DNA from: Azolla caroliniana
Lineage: Eukaryota; Plantae; Polypodiophyta
DNA length: 64,000 nucleotides
Direction of reading: 5' to 3'
Assembly: GCA_043228905.1 (NCBI GenBank)
Contig: JBHGNT010000004.1
Coordinates: 15,934,001-15,998,000 of the forward strand
The position numbers and the translations under genes are program-made. This document shows, piece after piece, positions 1-10,928 of the stretch (positions are counted from its first letter, which is position 1; each line of letters starts with the position of its first letter). The notes beneath the pieces are model-generated. The model did not search any database, was not told the DNA's origin, and worked only from the letters and a program-made list of their open reading frames with translations.

Positions 1-53
1 GGTTGTAACCGACCTGTGCCCCATCGAGGGTTGTAGTCGTGTTAGCCATTTTG

Positions 54-1709
54 TTAATATACATATTTAGTCATTCGCATCTGTCTGTGTCGGTGTCTGT
101 TCGCGTTCCTCGTGCTGAAGGGCCGTGTCCCTGTGTATCCCCGGTCCTGCGTAGCCGGTTCTCTCTCTTTCTCCTCCCTCGCTTGCTCTTTGGTTCGAGA
201 CCCCCGCGGTCCCGCCTCGATTCCACACGCACTTGCGAAATATCTCGACAACGGTGTACTTCCACTAGTACCTCCTGCAATGGTGGTATTTGAATGACTT
301 CACCTCTATTTTTAGCATGTCGCTGTCGACCAATTCTATCCACTTCCGCTTGCTCATTTGGTTCGATAGCTCCACATAATGACCTTTGGATCATTATTTG
401 ATCTCTGTGCTCTTGCGCCATTCTTTCTGACACTTCTTGCAGTCTTTTAGCTAACCATTCTACTAGTTCATATGATGTTCCGAACTACAGAATGGCAGTT
501 AGTTCATGTGTTGTTGCCGGAATGTTGGAAAAACTGAGTGCCTCTTGTACCATTGCCATTGATGCTTGCCCTCTTTGAACTCGTGACCTATCATCTGGAG
601 TGACACGAGCTATTTGCGTGCTTTGGGCAGTTTGGTCGTTAGTTCTCTTTTTCTTCTGCACCGGTTGTTCTTCCTCTGGTCTAGACTATCTTTGAGACCG
701 TTGTTTCACCCTTCGTTGTTTCGCCAGTTGCTGCTCCATGCCAACTTGTTGCGATTGCTCGTCTGTCGTCCCTCGTTGTTGCATTTTCTGCGGTTGAGAC
801 TCCGACGGTGGAGTCGGTGATTGCTGGTTAGGTTCGGGTTGTGGTATCGACTGTTGAGACTGCGTCGACTATTGTTGTTCCGATTCTTGTTGGTGCCTTG
901 GTTCCAGTTGGTTAGACTCGGTCCAAGTGGTATCGTCTTTCGTTGATTCTTCTTCCCTCCACTCTTCCCTTTGGACTTGTCGTCGGACTTGGGATGACTG
1001 TACTTGAGGTGTCCGACGCACCTCTAATCGGTTTTCCGTCTCTGCACTCGAAAATAATACCGATAATGAATGAGCAAAAATTGGCTTCATTGGTTTCCCT
1101 CTCCGAACTCCGTTTAGTTGCTCTCTTAGAGCATCTACCAACAGAAGCCCCCAATCGAAAGCTTCGCCTTCATAAGCGGCGATAATAAATCCGGCCCTCT
1201 TTTTGGGCATACAGTAAAATCTGGGACTAACAAACCCTACTTCTAATAAAAATTTGCAACTTCATGGAAAAACACATCCTTACCTCCCTGTGTCTGATAC
1301 GCTTTGGCAGAGGGCGAATATTCACCAAAATAGGACCGCAAAACATCCTCTATGACTTTGTTGACAGCGTCGAACCCGCCTCTTGGCATCTCCAACACGG
1401 CCCGTACCTTCTTATTCGTGATCATGGAGACATCGATTTCTGCCAATAGAGCTTCCGCGTTCGGGTGCAGCTCTGTTTCTGCGACTTTCAAAAATCCCTG
1501 TAACTTATTGCGAACGAGCCAACAACACAAGTTGTCAGATACGACAACTTGTCGTCGTCGATGAACAGATCTTCACTCAGTGAGGGCTGTGAGAACTGTT
1601 GTGGGCTATGGCGAGAAAAATCAGAAAACCTATTAGCTTGAATGCGTTTCTGCTTTTGTGGTGACACAGTCATTACAGAAATAGGTTTTAAGAGATGACT
1701 CTTTTGCAT
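54..1709 (-). pseudogene. Extra sense ORF (ORF3) downstream of integrase in G1, disrupted
   Basis: ORF pieces 1709-1488, 1530-1243, 1210-869 and 433-71 align at the protein level with ORF pieces at 27950-28500 and 35711-36940. Confidence 0.7.
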
Positions 1710-1995
1710 GATGCCTAGGGAATAAACGTACTATTAATGTTATGATGACTTGGCGTACTAGTGGAGTGATGGCTAGAAATAGTAATAAAGACTAATAGAA
1801 ATACGCCTCCACCACTTTTACTTACAGTCTTTTGAAATTACTCCAAGAATCTCTTCGTGAAAGTTAGTTATGATTTGGCAAGAAAATCTTCCATAGTTTT
1901 TTATTTTATTTTTAATATTGTTTTTTTATTTGGTTTTTATATTGTTTTTTTCTTTTTTCTTTTTACTTTTCTTCCGGTTCATCCTTGAATGGGTT

Positions 1996-4766
1996 TTATG
2001 GCATATGCCCACGATATGGTTTAAGCCGGAAACCATTGACCCATTTAGGTAAAATATCACTTGATAGGGTTCCGAGTTGATACGTACCATTTTTACAATT
2101 CACGATCCAAACTGGTCCTATCCATCTATACCGAAGTTTTCCTGGCATCGCCCACATCTTAGTTTGGAAAACCAGTGTCGGTTTTCCGGTTCCGAATTGT
2201 GATTCGGTTTTCCGTCGGTGTCGATTTACAAATGCCTTGGTTTGCCTTTGTTTGTGCTCTAAAGCTATCATCGCTTGTAGTCGGTCTTCTTCTAACAGTA
2301 ATAAAGATTCCTTCCGAATTTGCTCCGATTGCAGTTCATTTAATTTTTCCGTTACTTGTATTCGGACTGTCGGAATTTGGAATTCGATTGGCATCACTGC
2401 TTCCAATCCAAAAGCCATTCGGAAGGGTGTTGATTTGATAGATTCTTTGTACGACGTGCGATATGCCCATAAAGCACTCTGCAATTTTTGATCCCAGTCC
2501 GTACGATTCTCATTTACTATCTTTTTGAGTATCGTCTGGAGGGTTTTGTTTGTGGACTCCGCCAATCCATTCGCTTGTGGATAGTAAGGGGTGCTTTTCT
2601 TATGAACCATTGCATAGTAGGTAGACAATTTATGAACAAGTTTGTTAATGAAATGCGTACCTTGATCACTCACCAATTCTATTAGGCAGCTGAATCGACA
2701 CCATATACTTTTGTACAAAAATTTTGTTGTTGAAACTGTTGTATTATCCCTAAGATCTTTAGCCTCTACCCACTTTGTACAATAGTTAGTAGCCACTATA
2801 ATATATCTATTGCCTATTCTTATTGCTGCCGGTTTGAAAGGACCTACAAAATCCAACCCCCATTTCTGGAAAGGTTCAAGAGGTAATACCGGTTGAAACG
2901 GCATTCAGTCCCTTTTTGTTGGTTGTCCCATACGCTGGCATAAATCACATTTCCGACAATATTCGACCGTATCCTTCATTACTGTAGTTTTTCTTGCTGT
3001 GGTTTCCCCAGCATAGTGACATCCTGCAATTCCACAGTGTGATTCCCAAAGGATGACCGATTTTTCGAATTGCCGTACTGTTCGTCTCCAAATACCATCT
3101 ACTCCTTTATGATATAGAGTATCGTTCAAAAGACAAAAATTACGACTTCTTACCGCCAACCTTTTTCTTTCGTCTGTCGATAGATGTTTCGGTGGCAATC
3201 TCGTTGTAAGAAAGATTGTCATTTCTGAAATCCAACCATCCTCACTTTCTTCATTTACACGTTGTGCATTTACAGCTTCCACTCGAAAAAGCTGACCATC
3301 TGGAAAATCATCCTTGACTCCTGTGCCTTCTTCTCCTGTCTCCAATCGACTGAGATAATCAGCCACTGCATGTTGCATTCCTGGCCGATGTAAAATGTCG
3401 AATTCGAATTCCTGGAGTAGAAGAGTCCATCTTGCTAACTTGCTAGTTAACTCTTGTTTCGAGACCAAATAAAGGAGAGCCGAATGATCAACATGAAATG
3501 TAAACTTTTTCCCCAAATGATAGTGTCTGAATTTATTGACACTATAGATCATTCCTAACGCATCCCTCTCAGTGGTAGAGTAATTCCTTTTTGTTGTCGA
3601 AAGTTTCCGACTAGCATAGTAAACTCGCCTGTACCAATTCGGTTCGGTTAACTGCATTAATACACTTCCGATTGCGATGTCCGATTCATCGACAAAAACA
3701 TGGAATGGCTTATTCCAATTAGGTGGTTGAACAACTGGAACTTTGGACAACATTTTCCTCATGCAATCATAGGCATCCTTTTCGACACTTGTCCACTGAA
3801 AAGGAACTTTGTGTACTATTGTATGTAAGGGAATGGTGGTATCTGCAAGATATCTTATCATTCGGCTGTGCCACCGAATCTGCCCCAGAAATCGACTGAG
3901 GGCTTTAGAATTTGTGGGTGTCGATGCTTCAAGTATGGCTTTAACCTTGTTGGAGTCCACTGCAATTCCTTCCTGACTAACAATATGGCCTAATAATGTG
4001 CCACTAGTGACCCCGACATTTCTCCAAACATAGTCGTAAATGCTCAAAATGTTCGGTTTTCCGACTATAAACAGCAAAATCATCCAAAAATACTTGCATA
4101 AAAGTAGGAATGTAATTCCCAAATATTTCCTGTATTACTCTTTGAAATGTTGCCGGAGCGGTCTTCAACCCAAACATCATTACTACTGCAACAAATACTC
4201 ACCATTCTGTAACAAAAGTTGTCTTTTCTTGATCTTCCAGATTCATCCAAACCTGATTATAACCACTAAAACCATCTAGGAAACTATATACTTCATGGCC
4301 CACTACCGCATCTAATATACTATCCGTAAATGGTAATGGAAACGCGTCCATAATGGTAGCCACATTTAATTTCCGGTAGTCGACACATACCCGAATTTTT
4401 GCATTCTTTTTCGGAACTACCACTATTGGACTTAACCATGTCGATTTTTTCACCGAACGAATAAACCCTACTTTCAAAAGCTTGTCTATTTCTTCTTTAA
4501 CTTTAATAGCATAATTAGGATTTAATCGGTACCTGCATTGTTGAACCGGCTTTGCATATTTATGAAGGTTAATTTGATGTTAACAGAAAGCTGGGTCTAG
4601 TCCCTTCATATCTTCATAAAACCAGGCAAAGACATCCTTATATTGCTTTAATAATGTGGTTAACCTTTGTTTGTCCGCTTCTATCATTTCTTTAGCAATG
4701 AGTACTGTTTTCAACTCATTGTCCCCATTTCCTTCTGCCAAATTTATTTCCTCCAATGCTGAAGCT
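1996..4766 (-). pseudogene. pol: G1 pol: RT, RNase H, integrase (stops/frameshifts)
   Basis: WLSPIVVVPKK, CVDYRKLN, FLDGFSGYNQ, VFLDD, YASRKLS, VADYLSR, HHCC zinc finger and integrase core in ORFs 4477-4199, 4122-2905, 2904-1996. Confidence 0.92.
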
Positions 4767-4771
4767 TTAAC

Positions 4772-5289
4772 TGTCAAGACTGAGAGAGAAAAAGAGAGAA
4801 AAAAAGATAGAAAGAGAATTATTATATAAACTGTCAAGACTGAGAGAGAAAAAGAGAGAAAAAGAGATAGAAAGAGAATTATTATATTGAAGCGTAAAAT
4901 GGATTACAAAGAGTAGGCTACAAAATGGTGTTGAACCAATTTAGGTTCGGGATGGGTGGTAGATCCTTATTTATAAGTAATAGAGAACACTCTAGAATAT
5001 TCTAGGTTATCCTAGAATGTAGAGTAATCTAGAAAATCTCTAGAGTATTCTAGAAGGTTCTAGTGGTATAGAACACTCTAGAATATTCTAGGTCATTCTA
5101 GAATGTAGAGTAATATAGAATATTCCTATGATATTAGATTTCATATTCTAGAGACTATACATATAAGAATATTAATACAATGGTTAAGGATTTGACATGT
5201 GTACAACAAGGTCGTGGGTTCAAATCCTTTCGGGTCATAATGTGAGTGTCATGATCCTTTTGATGCATGATGTGAGTGTTATCATGACA
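4772..5289 (-). repeat. 3' LTR of chromovirus A
   Basis: Direct repeat of 10095-10602; TGTCA...TGACA termini. Confidence 0.95.
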
Positions 5290-7036
5290 CTATCCCCCTT
5301 CTTCGACGACACGTCTCACGTGTCGTAGGTTTTGTATTAGGACCTGGTTTACAAGGATATTGGCGATGAAATGCATTGACGAGTTCTGCAGCATTGGAAA
5401 GATTTGCGGCAGGTTCCCAAGTTCGAAAATTGGGGGTATAACCTAGCCAATCGACTAAGTAATACAGCTTGTTGCGCACGATTTTAGAATCGAGAACGGC
5501 AACAACTTCAAATTCAGGCCCGTCCAAGAACTCGACAGGTGGTGGGGGTGTCGTAAGTCGGCCCGGAATTGAACTTGTAGTATAAGGTTCCAAAAGGGAT
5601 ACATGAAACACCGGATGAAGATGCATGTGCGGAGGGAGGTCAAGACGAAATGCAACATCACTTATCTTACCAGTGATCATGTAAGGGCCAAAACGTTGGT
5701 AATCCAATTTACTGCAAGGTCGAGTGGTCTTGATGTTGTGTTGGAGAAGCCATACATGATCCCCAATGCGGAACTTTTTTGAGGAGTCTAGACGATGACG
5801 ATCGGCAAGCCTCTTGTGTGTAAATTGAGCATCGTGCAAATTGTGGAGAATGTTAGCTTGAATTTTTTGGAGGCGACTAAGACGATCCTCAGCAGCAGGG
5901 TTGGTAGGAACTTCTGGATGCGCATTCATCGTCCACCGAGGATGACATCCCGTATTTGCGAAAAATGGGGAATATCCTATAGAAGAATGGGTTGAGTTGT
6001 TGTAAGCGAATTCCGCCAAGTGCAAAAAAGTAACCCAATCATCTTGTTGATAGTTGATAAAACAACGAAGATATTGTTCCAATGTCTGGTTGGTACGCTC
6101 TGTTTGGCCATTTGTTTCAAGATGATAGCCCGAAGAAAGCTTAACTGAAATATGGAGAAGTTTGAACAGGTGCTTCCAAAACTTTGAGATGAATTGTGGA
6201 CCACGATCACTAATAATATCATCCGGCAAACCATGATGCTTAAATACCTCCCGCATAACGAGATCAGCCGCCTCTTGACTAGTAATCGACTTTGTACATG
6301 GCAAGAAATGTGCCATTTTGGTAAATCGATCAACCACTGTGAGAATTGCATCAAAACCTTTTGAAACAGGGAGATCAGTAATGAAGTCCAAGGATATAGA
6401 CTTCCAAGGAGTTTCCGGAATGGGAAGTGGTTGTAGTAAGCCATAGGGTCGGTGACGAGGATTCTTTGATCGACAACATATATCACAACTCCGAACATAC
6501 TCCTCAACAAAATGCCGAAGGCGAGGCCACCAATAGCGTCGAGAAATTAATTCTAGAGTCTTGTGAACTCCAAAATGACCAGCCATTGGTGAGTCATGGC
6601 AATGTTGCAAAACTTGTAGTCGTGGGGGACCATCAGGACCATACAATAAATTTTGTCGAAATAGAAAACCACCATGCCAATAGAACTGACAATAGTCATT
6701 ACGAGGATTTTTCGACCGTGAGCAAGAAGCACGATCTGGGACGATATGATCCAAAACATCCTTGGCGAAATCATCAATGGCCATATGATCTCGAATGGAA
6801 TCAAGAAGAGTGGAATTTTCAAGAGTTGTTATGGCGTTAACTACCATTAATCGTAATCGATTAGGACCCAAAAGGATTTGTTTTTGATGCTCAAATGCAG
6901 GTTCCCGTGGACGAAGTTCCATATAAGAGCGCCGAGAAAGAGCATCTGCTTTGCCTTGCTGCATCCCAGGGCGATATATGATGATAAAATCGAAGTGAGT
7001 CAAAAATTGCGCCCACCGGGCTTGTCGCTGACTCAA
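5282..7036 (-). CDS. pol: Chromovirus RNase H C-terminus, integrase and chromodomain (584-aa open frame)
   Basis: [14 protein letters not shown]...[28 protein letters not shown] motif, chromodomain [23 protein letters not shown]. Confidence 0.9.
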   Translation of the reverse strand: MSQRQARWAQFLTHFDFIIIYRPGMQQGKADALSRRSYMELRPREPAFEHQKQILLGPNRLRLMVVNAITTLENSTLLDSIRDHMAIDDFAKDVLDHIVPDRASCSRSKNPRNDYCQFYWHGGFLFRQNLLYGPDGPPRLQVLQHCHDSPMAGHFGVHKTLELISRRYWWPRLRHFVEEYVRSCDICCRSKNPRHRPYGLLQPLPIPETPWKSISLDFITDLPVSKGFDAILTVVDRFTKMAHFLPCTKSITSQEAADLVMREVFKHHGLPDDIISDRGPQFISKFWKHLFKLLHISVKLSSGYHLETNGQTERTNQTLEQYLRCFINYQQDDWVTFLHLAEFAYNNSTHSSIGYSPFFANTGCHPRWTMNAHPEVPTNPAAEDRLSRLQKIQANILHNLHDAQFTHKRLADRHRLDSSKKFRIGDHVWLLQHNIKTTRPCSKLDYQRFGPYMITGKISDVAFRLDLPPHMHLHPVFHVSLLEPYTTSSIPGRLTTPPPPVEFLDGPEFEVVAVLDSKIVRNKLYYLVDWLGYTPNFRTWEPAANLSNAAELVNAFHRQYPCKPGPNTKPTTRETCRRRRGIVS

Positions 7037-8896
7037 GACTCGAGCATTTTGGAAATAATCAGGTTCTTATGATCATTGTACACAATGATCTGCTGAGAAG
7101 AACCTTCTAGTAAATGTCGCCATTGTTGAAACGAATCCACGATTGCAAGAAGCTCTTTATCATGGATCTCGTAGTTGATCTCTGCAGCTTCAAACTTTCG
7201 TGAATGAAAGGCAACAGGGTGTAGTTGTCCATCATCTCCAGTCTGCGAGAGGACACTCCCTAGTGCAAAATCAGATGCATCGGCTTCGAGGATGAAGCGT
7301 TTTGTTGGGTCGACATGTGCTAAGATAGGTGCCGTTGTAAATGCTCGTTTTAAGCTTTCGAATGCCTCGGCTGCATCTGAACTCCATATAAATGGTCGAT
7401 CTTTATGTGTGAGCTGAGTAAGCGGAAGCACAACCTTGGAATAATCTTTAATAAATTTTCGATAAAAATTTGCAAACCCGAGAAAACATTGCACATCACA
7501 CACTGAAAGGGGCGTTTGCCACTCTAAAATTGCTTGTACCTTCATGGGGTCCATAGCAATACCATTTGACGATACAACATACCCCAAAAATTCCACTTGA
7601 TTCTGGCCGAAACTACACTTTTCTAATTTTGCGTAGAGACCATATTCTCGGAGTCGACGCAATACCTGACGAACATGTTCATCATGCTCCTCTTGGGTCT
7701 TTGAGTAGATTAAAATATCATCTAGGTAAACAACAGGTGCATATGTTGGGAAACAACAGGTGCATTCGTGAGACCGAATGGCATCACTGTATACTCAAAA
7801 TGTCCATAGCGAGTGCGGAAAGCTGTCTTCCATTCATCCCCCGGGCGAATCCGAACTAGATTATATGTTCCGCGAAGGTCCAACTTCGTGAAATATTTTG
7901 CACCACTGAGACGTTCCAAAAGATTCGGGATTAATGGTAGAGCATATCTATTCCGGATAGTCACTTTGTTTAGCCCTCGATAATCCACGACCAACCGAAG
8001 AGTCCCATTCTTCTTCTTAACGAAGAAGATAGGTGCACCAGCAAGGGATCTAGAATGCCGAATGAATCCGTTTGCCAGATTCTCATCAATATATTCCCGC
8101 AAAGTTTCTAGCTCTACAGGGGAGAGATTATAAATTGGGCCCCATGGAGGTTCTTTCCCTGGTTGTAAGTCAATAGGGCAATCGTATGGCCGATGCTCCG
8201 GCAATGTATTGGCCTTCACCTTATCAAAGACATCTGAAAACTCCTTGTATTTCTCTGGTAGTTTAATATCCGCCTCACGTGAAGTGGATGATGGAGTTGC
8301 TATTATTGCGAAGACGAACATGGCCTCGTTCCCCCCTTCCTCCCGCAACTATCGTAAAGAGATGGGCGATAACTCAGGGGATCTATTATCACATGTAGGA
8401 GAGAGGGATGCAAGGTTTGTGCTTTTTTCCCGGGTCTCCTCAATTGTTCTTTCATCCAATCAATCTTCAGGTTATGGAGTTCAAACCAGGGGAGACCTAG
8501 AACTATTGGGTGTTCCGGACTACGAATAATGTTGAAAGAGATTATGCTTGCCAAATTGCCAAGAACTATCCTAATTGGCTCAGACTCCTCGACTATATCT
8601 CCTGATGCTATGGGACGTCCATCAATGACTCCTACGGCTACTAGGCTGGGAAGCTTATTCAAGAGGATGTTTTGTGACAAGGCAAATTCACGATCCATGA
8701 AACAAGAGTTGGCTCCAGAATCTAGAAGGGCAGAGGCTAGGACTCGATGACATGCAGATGTGGTAAGCTCGACTTGTGCTGAAAAAACTCGACTCACTTG
8801 ATTTGATGAAATGGAACCACGACTAGGAACTAACTCTACATAGCTAGGATGGTCCAGCCAAATGGCTCCTATTTTGGCCGAACTTACTCGTTTAAC
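7033..8896 (-). pseudogene. pol: Chromovirus protease, RT, RNase H (frameshifted; short deletion just before YLDD)
   Basis: LLDSGA protease; [30 protein letters not shown]; [19 protein letters not shown]. Confidence 0.92.
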
Positions 8897-10007
8897 ACAT
8901 CCTCTAATTGACTCAAGACATCGAATCTATTCTCATGGCATGGACTATGAGGCTTATTTATGTTATTAGAAGTAACAATAGAACTCGATGTAGGGTTTTC
9001 ATGGGCACTTACTTGGTATACTTGATGCGTAGGTTTATGTGGACAATTTACAACTATATGTCCTGGACCGCCACAATACAGGCAAAGGCGATGCGCTTGA
9101 CGTCGTTGCTTCTCAGCATCTGATAACGGCCCATGACGTTGTGTTGACTCTATTTCCATCGGAGTTGGGCCATCCCTTGTAATGGGTGTAGAAACTTGTG
9201 GAGGCGTTGCGACTACGGAAGCGTAAGTCTGCTCAGGTTGGAGGCGTAACATTTGTTGGCGCTCAGAACGTCGCTCAAATAGGCGATTATCACATCGCAC
9301 AGCTCGACTAATGGCTTCTGTAAGTGACTGTGGAACTTCAGGGAAAGTAAGAAGAAGATCTTTGACATCATTTCTCAAACCTTGACGGAATTGATCCATT
9401 AAAGCTGCCTCATCCCAAGGATATCGCATGCCAAGAGACGGAAATCGGCTACATAAGACGATGCGGGACGATCTCCTTGTCGGAGCCTTCGAATCTTGTT
9501 TATCGTTGTCCTAGTGTTGTCGGTGTCTCCGAAACTAGCTTGAAACTCTTTAACAAATGCCTCGAAATCCTCCAACAATGGTGATTTCTTCTCGAGAAGT
9601 GGTGCGAACCATGCTAACGTCGTACCGCATAGCAAAGTTCCCACTAATCCCACACGAGCAGCATCAGTTGGATACCGATTGGGATGTAGCTAAATAACTA
9701 GATGAACTTGATTCAAAAAGCCTCGAAATAAAGATCTCGTACCATCAAACTTGGCAGGGAGGCTGATCTTTGGCTCTCTAGGGGAGTTCTGAGCCCCTGA
9801 CGCTTGCTCACGTAATGACAATATAGTCGCCTCGAGTTGATGAACCCGCTCTGATAACTCTTCATATTGTTGAGCTTTTTTGGCGCTCACATGTTGTAGA
9901 TCTCCAAGTAGCCTTTGATTCTCATGCTCTAATGCCACAAATTTATTCGTGAGCATGTCGAGCTCAAAAAGAACACGCATGTATTCTTGTTTGCTCACGG
10001 ACTCCAT
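8884..10007 (-). pseudogene. gag: Chromovirus gag (stop and frameshift)
   Basis: PKISLPAKFDG, LRQG, FRQGL, GPTPMEI and zinc knuckle CLYCGGPGHIVVNC. Confidence 0.9.
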
Positions 10008-10080
10008 AGCTTACGAGAGGAGAGGAGAAGGAAGAAGAGAACTTGTTAGAATTTGTGGAAGACAAAGAGATGAAAGGAAA

Positions 10081-10092
10081 AAATTGGTTCAA
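10081..10092 (-). promoter_or_regulatory. Putative self-priming PBS of element A (TTGAACCAATTT on the element strand)
   Basis: Lies 2 nt inside the 5' LTR end, has no TGG tRNA-type start, and is the perfect 12-nt complement of LTR sequence 10244-10255, 33 nt downstream of the TATA box (10281-10288). Confidence 0.75.
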
Positions 10093-10094
10093 AC

Positions 10095-10602
10095 TGTCAA
10101 GATTGAGAGAGAAAAAGAGATAGAAAGAGAATTATTATATAAACTGTCAAGACTGAGAGAGAAAAAGAGAGAAAAAGAGATAGAAAGAGAATTATTATAT
10201 TGAAGCGTAAAATGGATTACAAAGAGTAGGCTACAAAATGGCGTTGAACCAATTTAGGTTCGGGATGGGTGGTAGATCCTTATTTATAAGTAATAGAGAA
10301 CACTCTAGAATATTCTAGGTTATCCTAGAATGTAGAGTAATCTAGAAAATCTCTAGAGTATTCTAGAAGGTTCTAGTGGTATAGAACACTCTAGAATATT
10401 CTAGGTCATTCTAGAATGTAGAGTAATATAGAATATTCCTATGATATTAGATTTCATATTTTAGAGACTATACATATAAGAATATTAATACAATGGTTAA
10501 GGATTTGACATGTGTACAAAAAGGTCGTGGGTTCAAATCCTTTTGAGTCATAATGTGAGTGTCATGATCCTTTTGATGCATGATGTGAGTGTTATCATGA
10601 CA
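10095..10602 (-). repeat. 5' LTR of chromovirus A (TATA, HSE-like array, antisense tRNA-like box)
   Basis: Direct repeat of 4772-5289. Confidence 0.95.
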
Positions 10603-10928
10603 TTAACTTGTTGGGACACTTTCATCTCTCTATCGGTAGCTTCTTGCTAGAGTCGTATTTCCTTCATTCCTTGCTCATCTATTGACAATTCCTCCTCGGA
10701 ATCCACATAAGGCGTCAAAGCTTGTTAAATATCGACTTTGAATAAAGGAATGATTTTTGGATTATCATCAAAATACTGATTTTCTTCGACCTCATCTAAT
10801 CCCTCCATCATATTGACGGGCTATGCATATACAAGCAAACACTGTTTGCTTGTTGCCACCTTGTTTTGTGTCGAAACCCGAATTTTCGTTTTGCCTTTGC
10901 GAAATGTTAATTGATTCTGATTCCAATT

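Larger units (their letters stand above)
4772..10602 (-). mobile_element. Full-length Ty3 chromovirus (Tcn1/Tf1-like), element A, TSD TTAAC
   Basis: TG...CA LTRs at 4772-5289 and 10095-10602 with only a few differences; TTAAC at 4767-4771 and 10603-10607; PPT GAAGAAGGGGGATAG beside the 3' LTR; gag-PR-RT-RH-INT-chromodomain. Confidence 0.95.

Noticed and set aside
5173-5240. Functional tRNA gene
   Set aside because: No convincing acceptor or anticodon stems; kept only as an A/B-box module.
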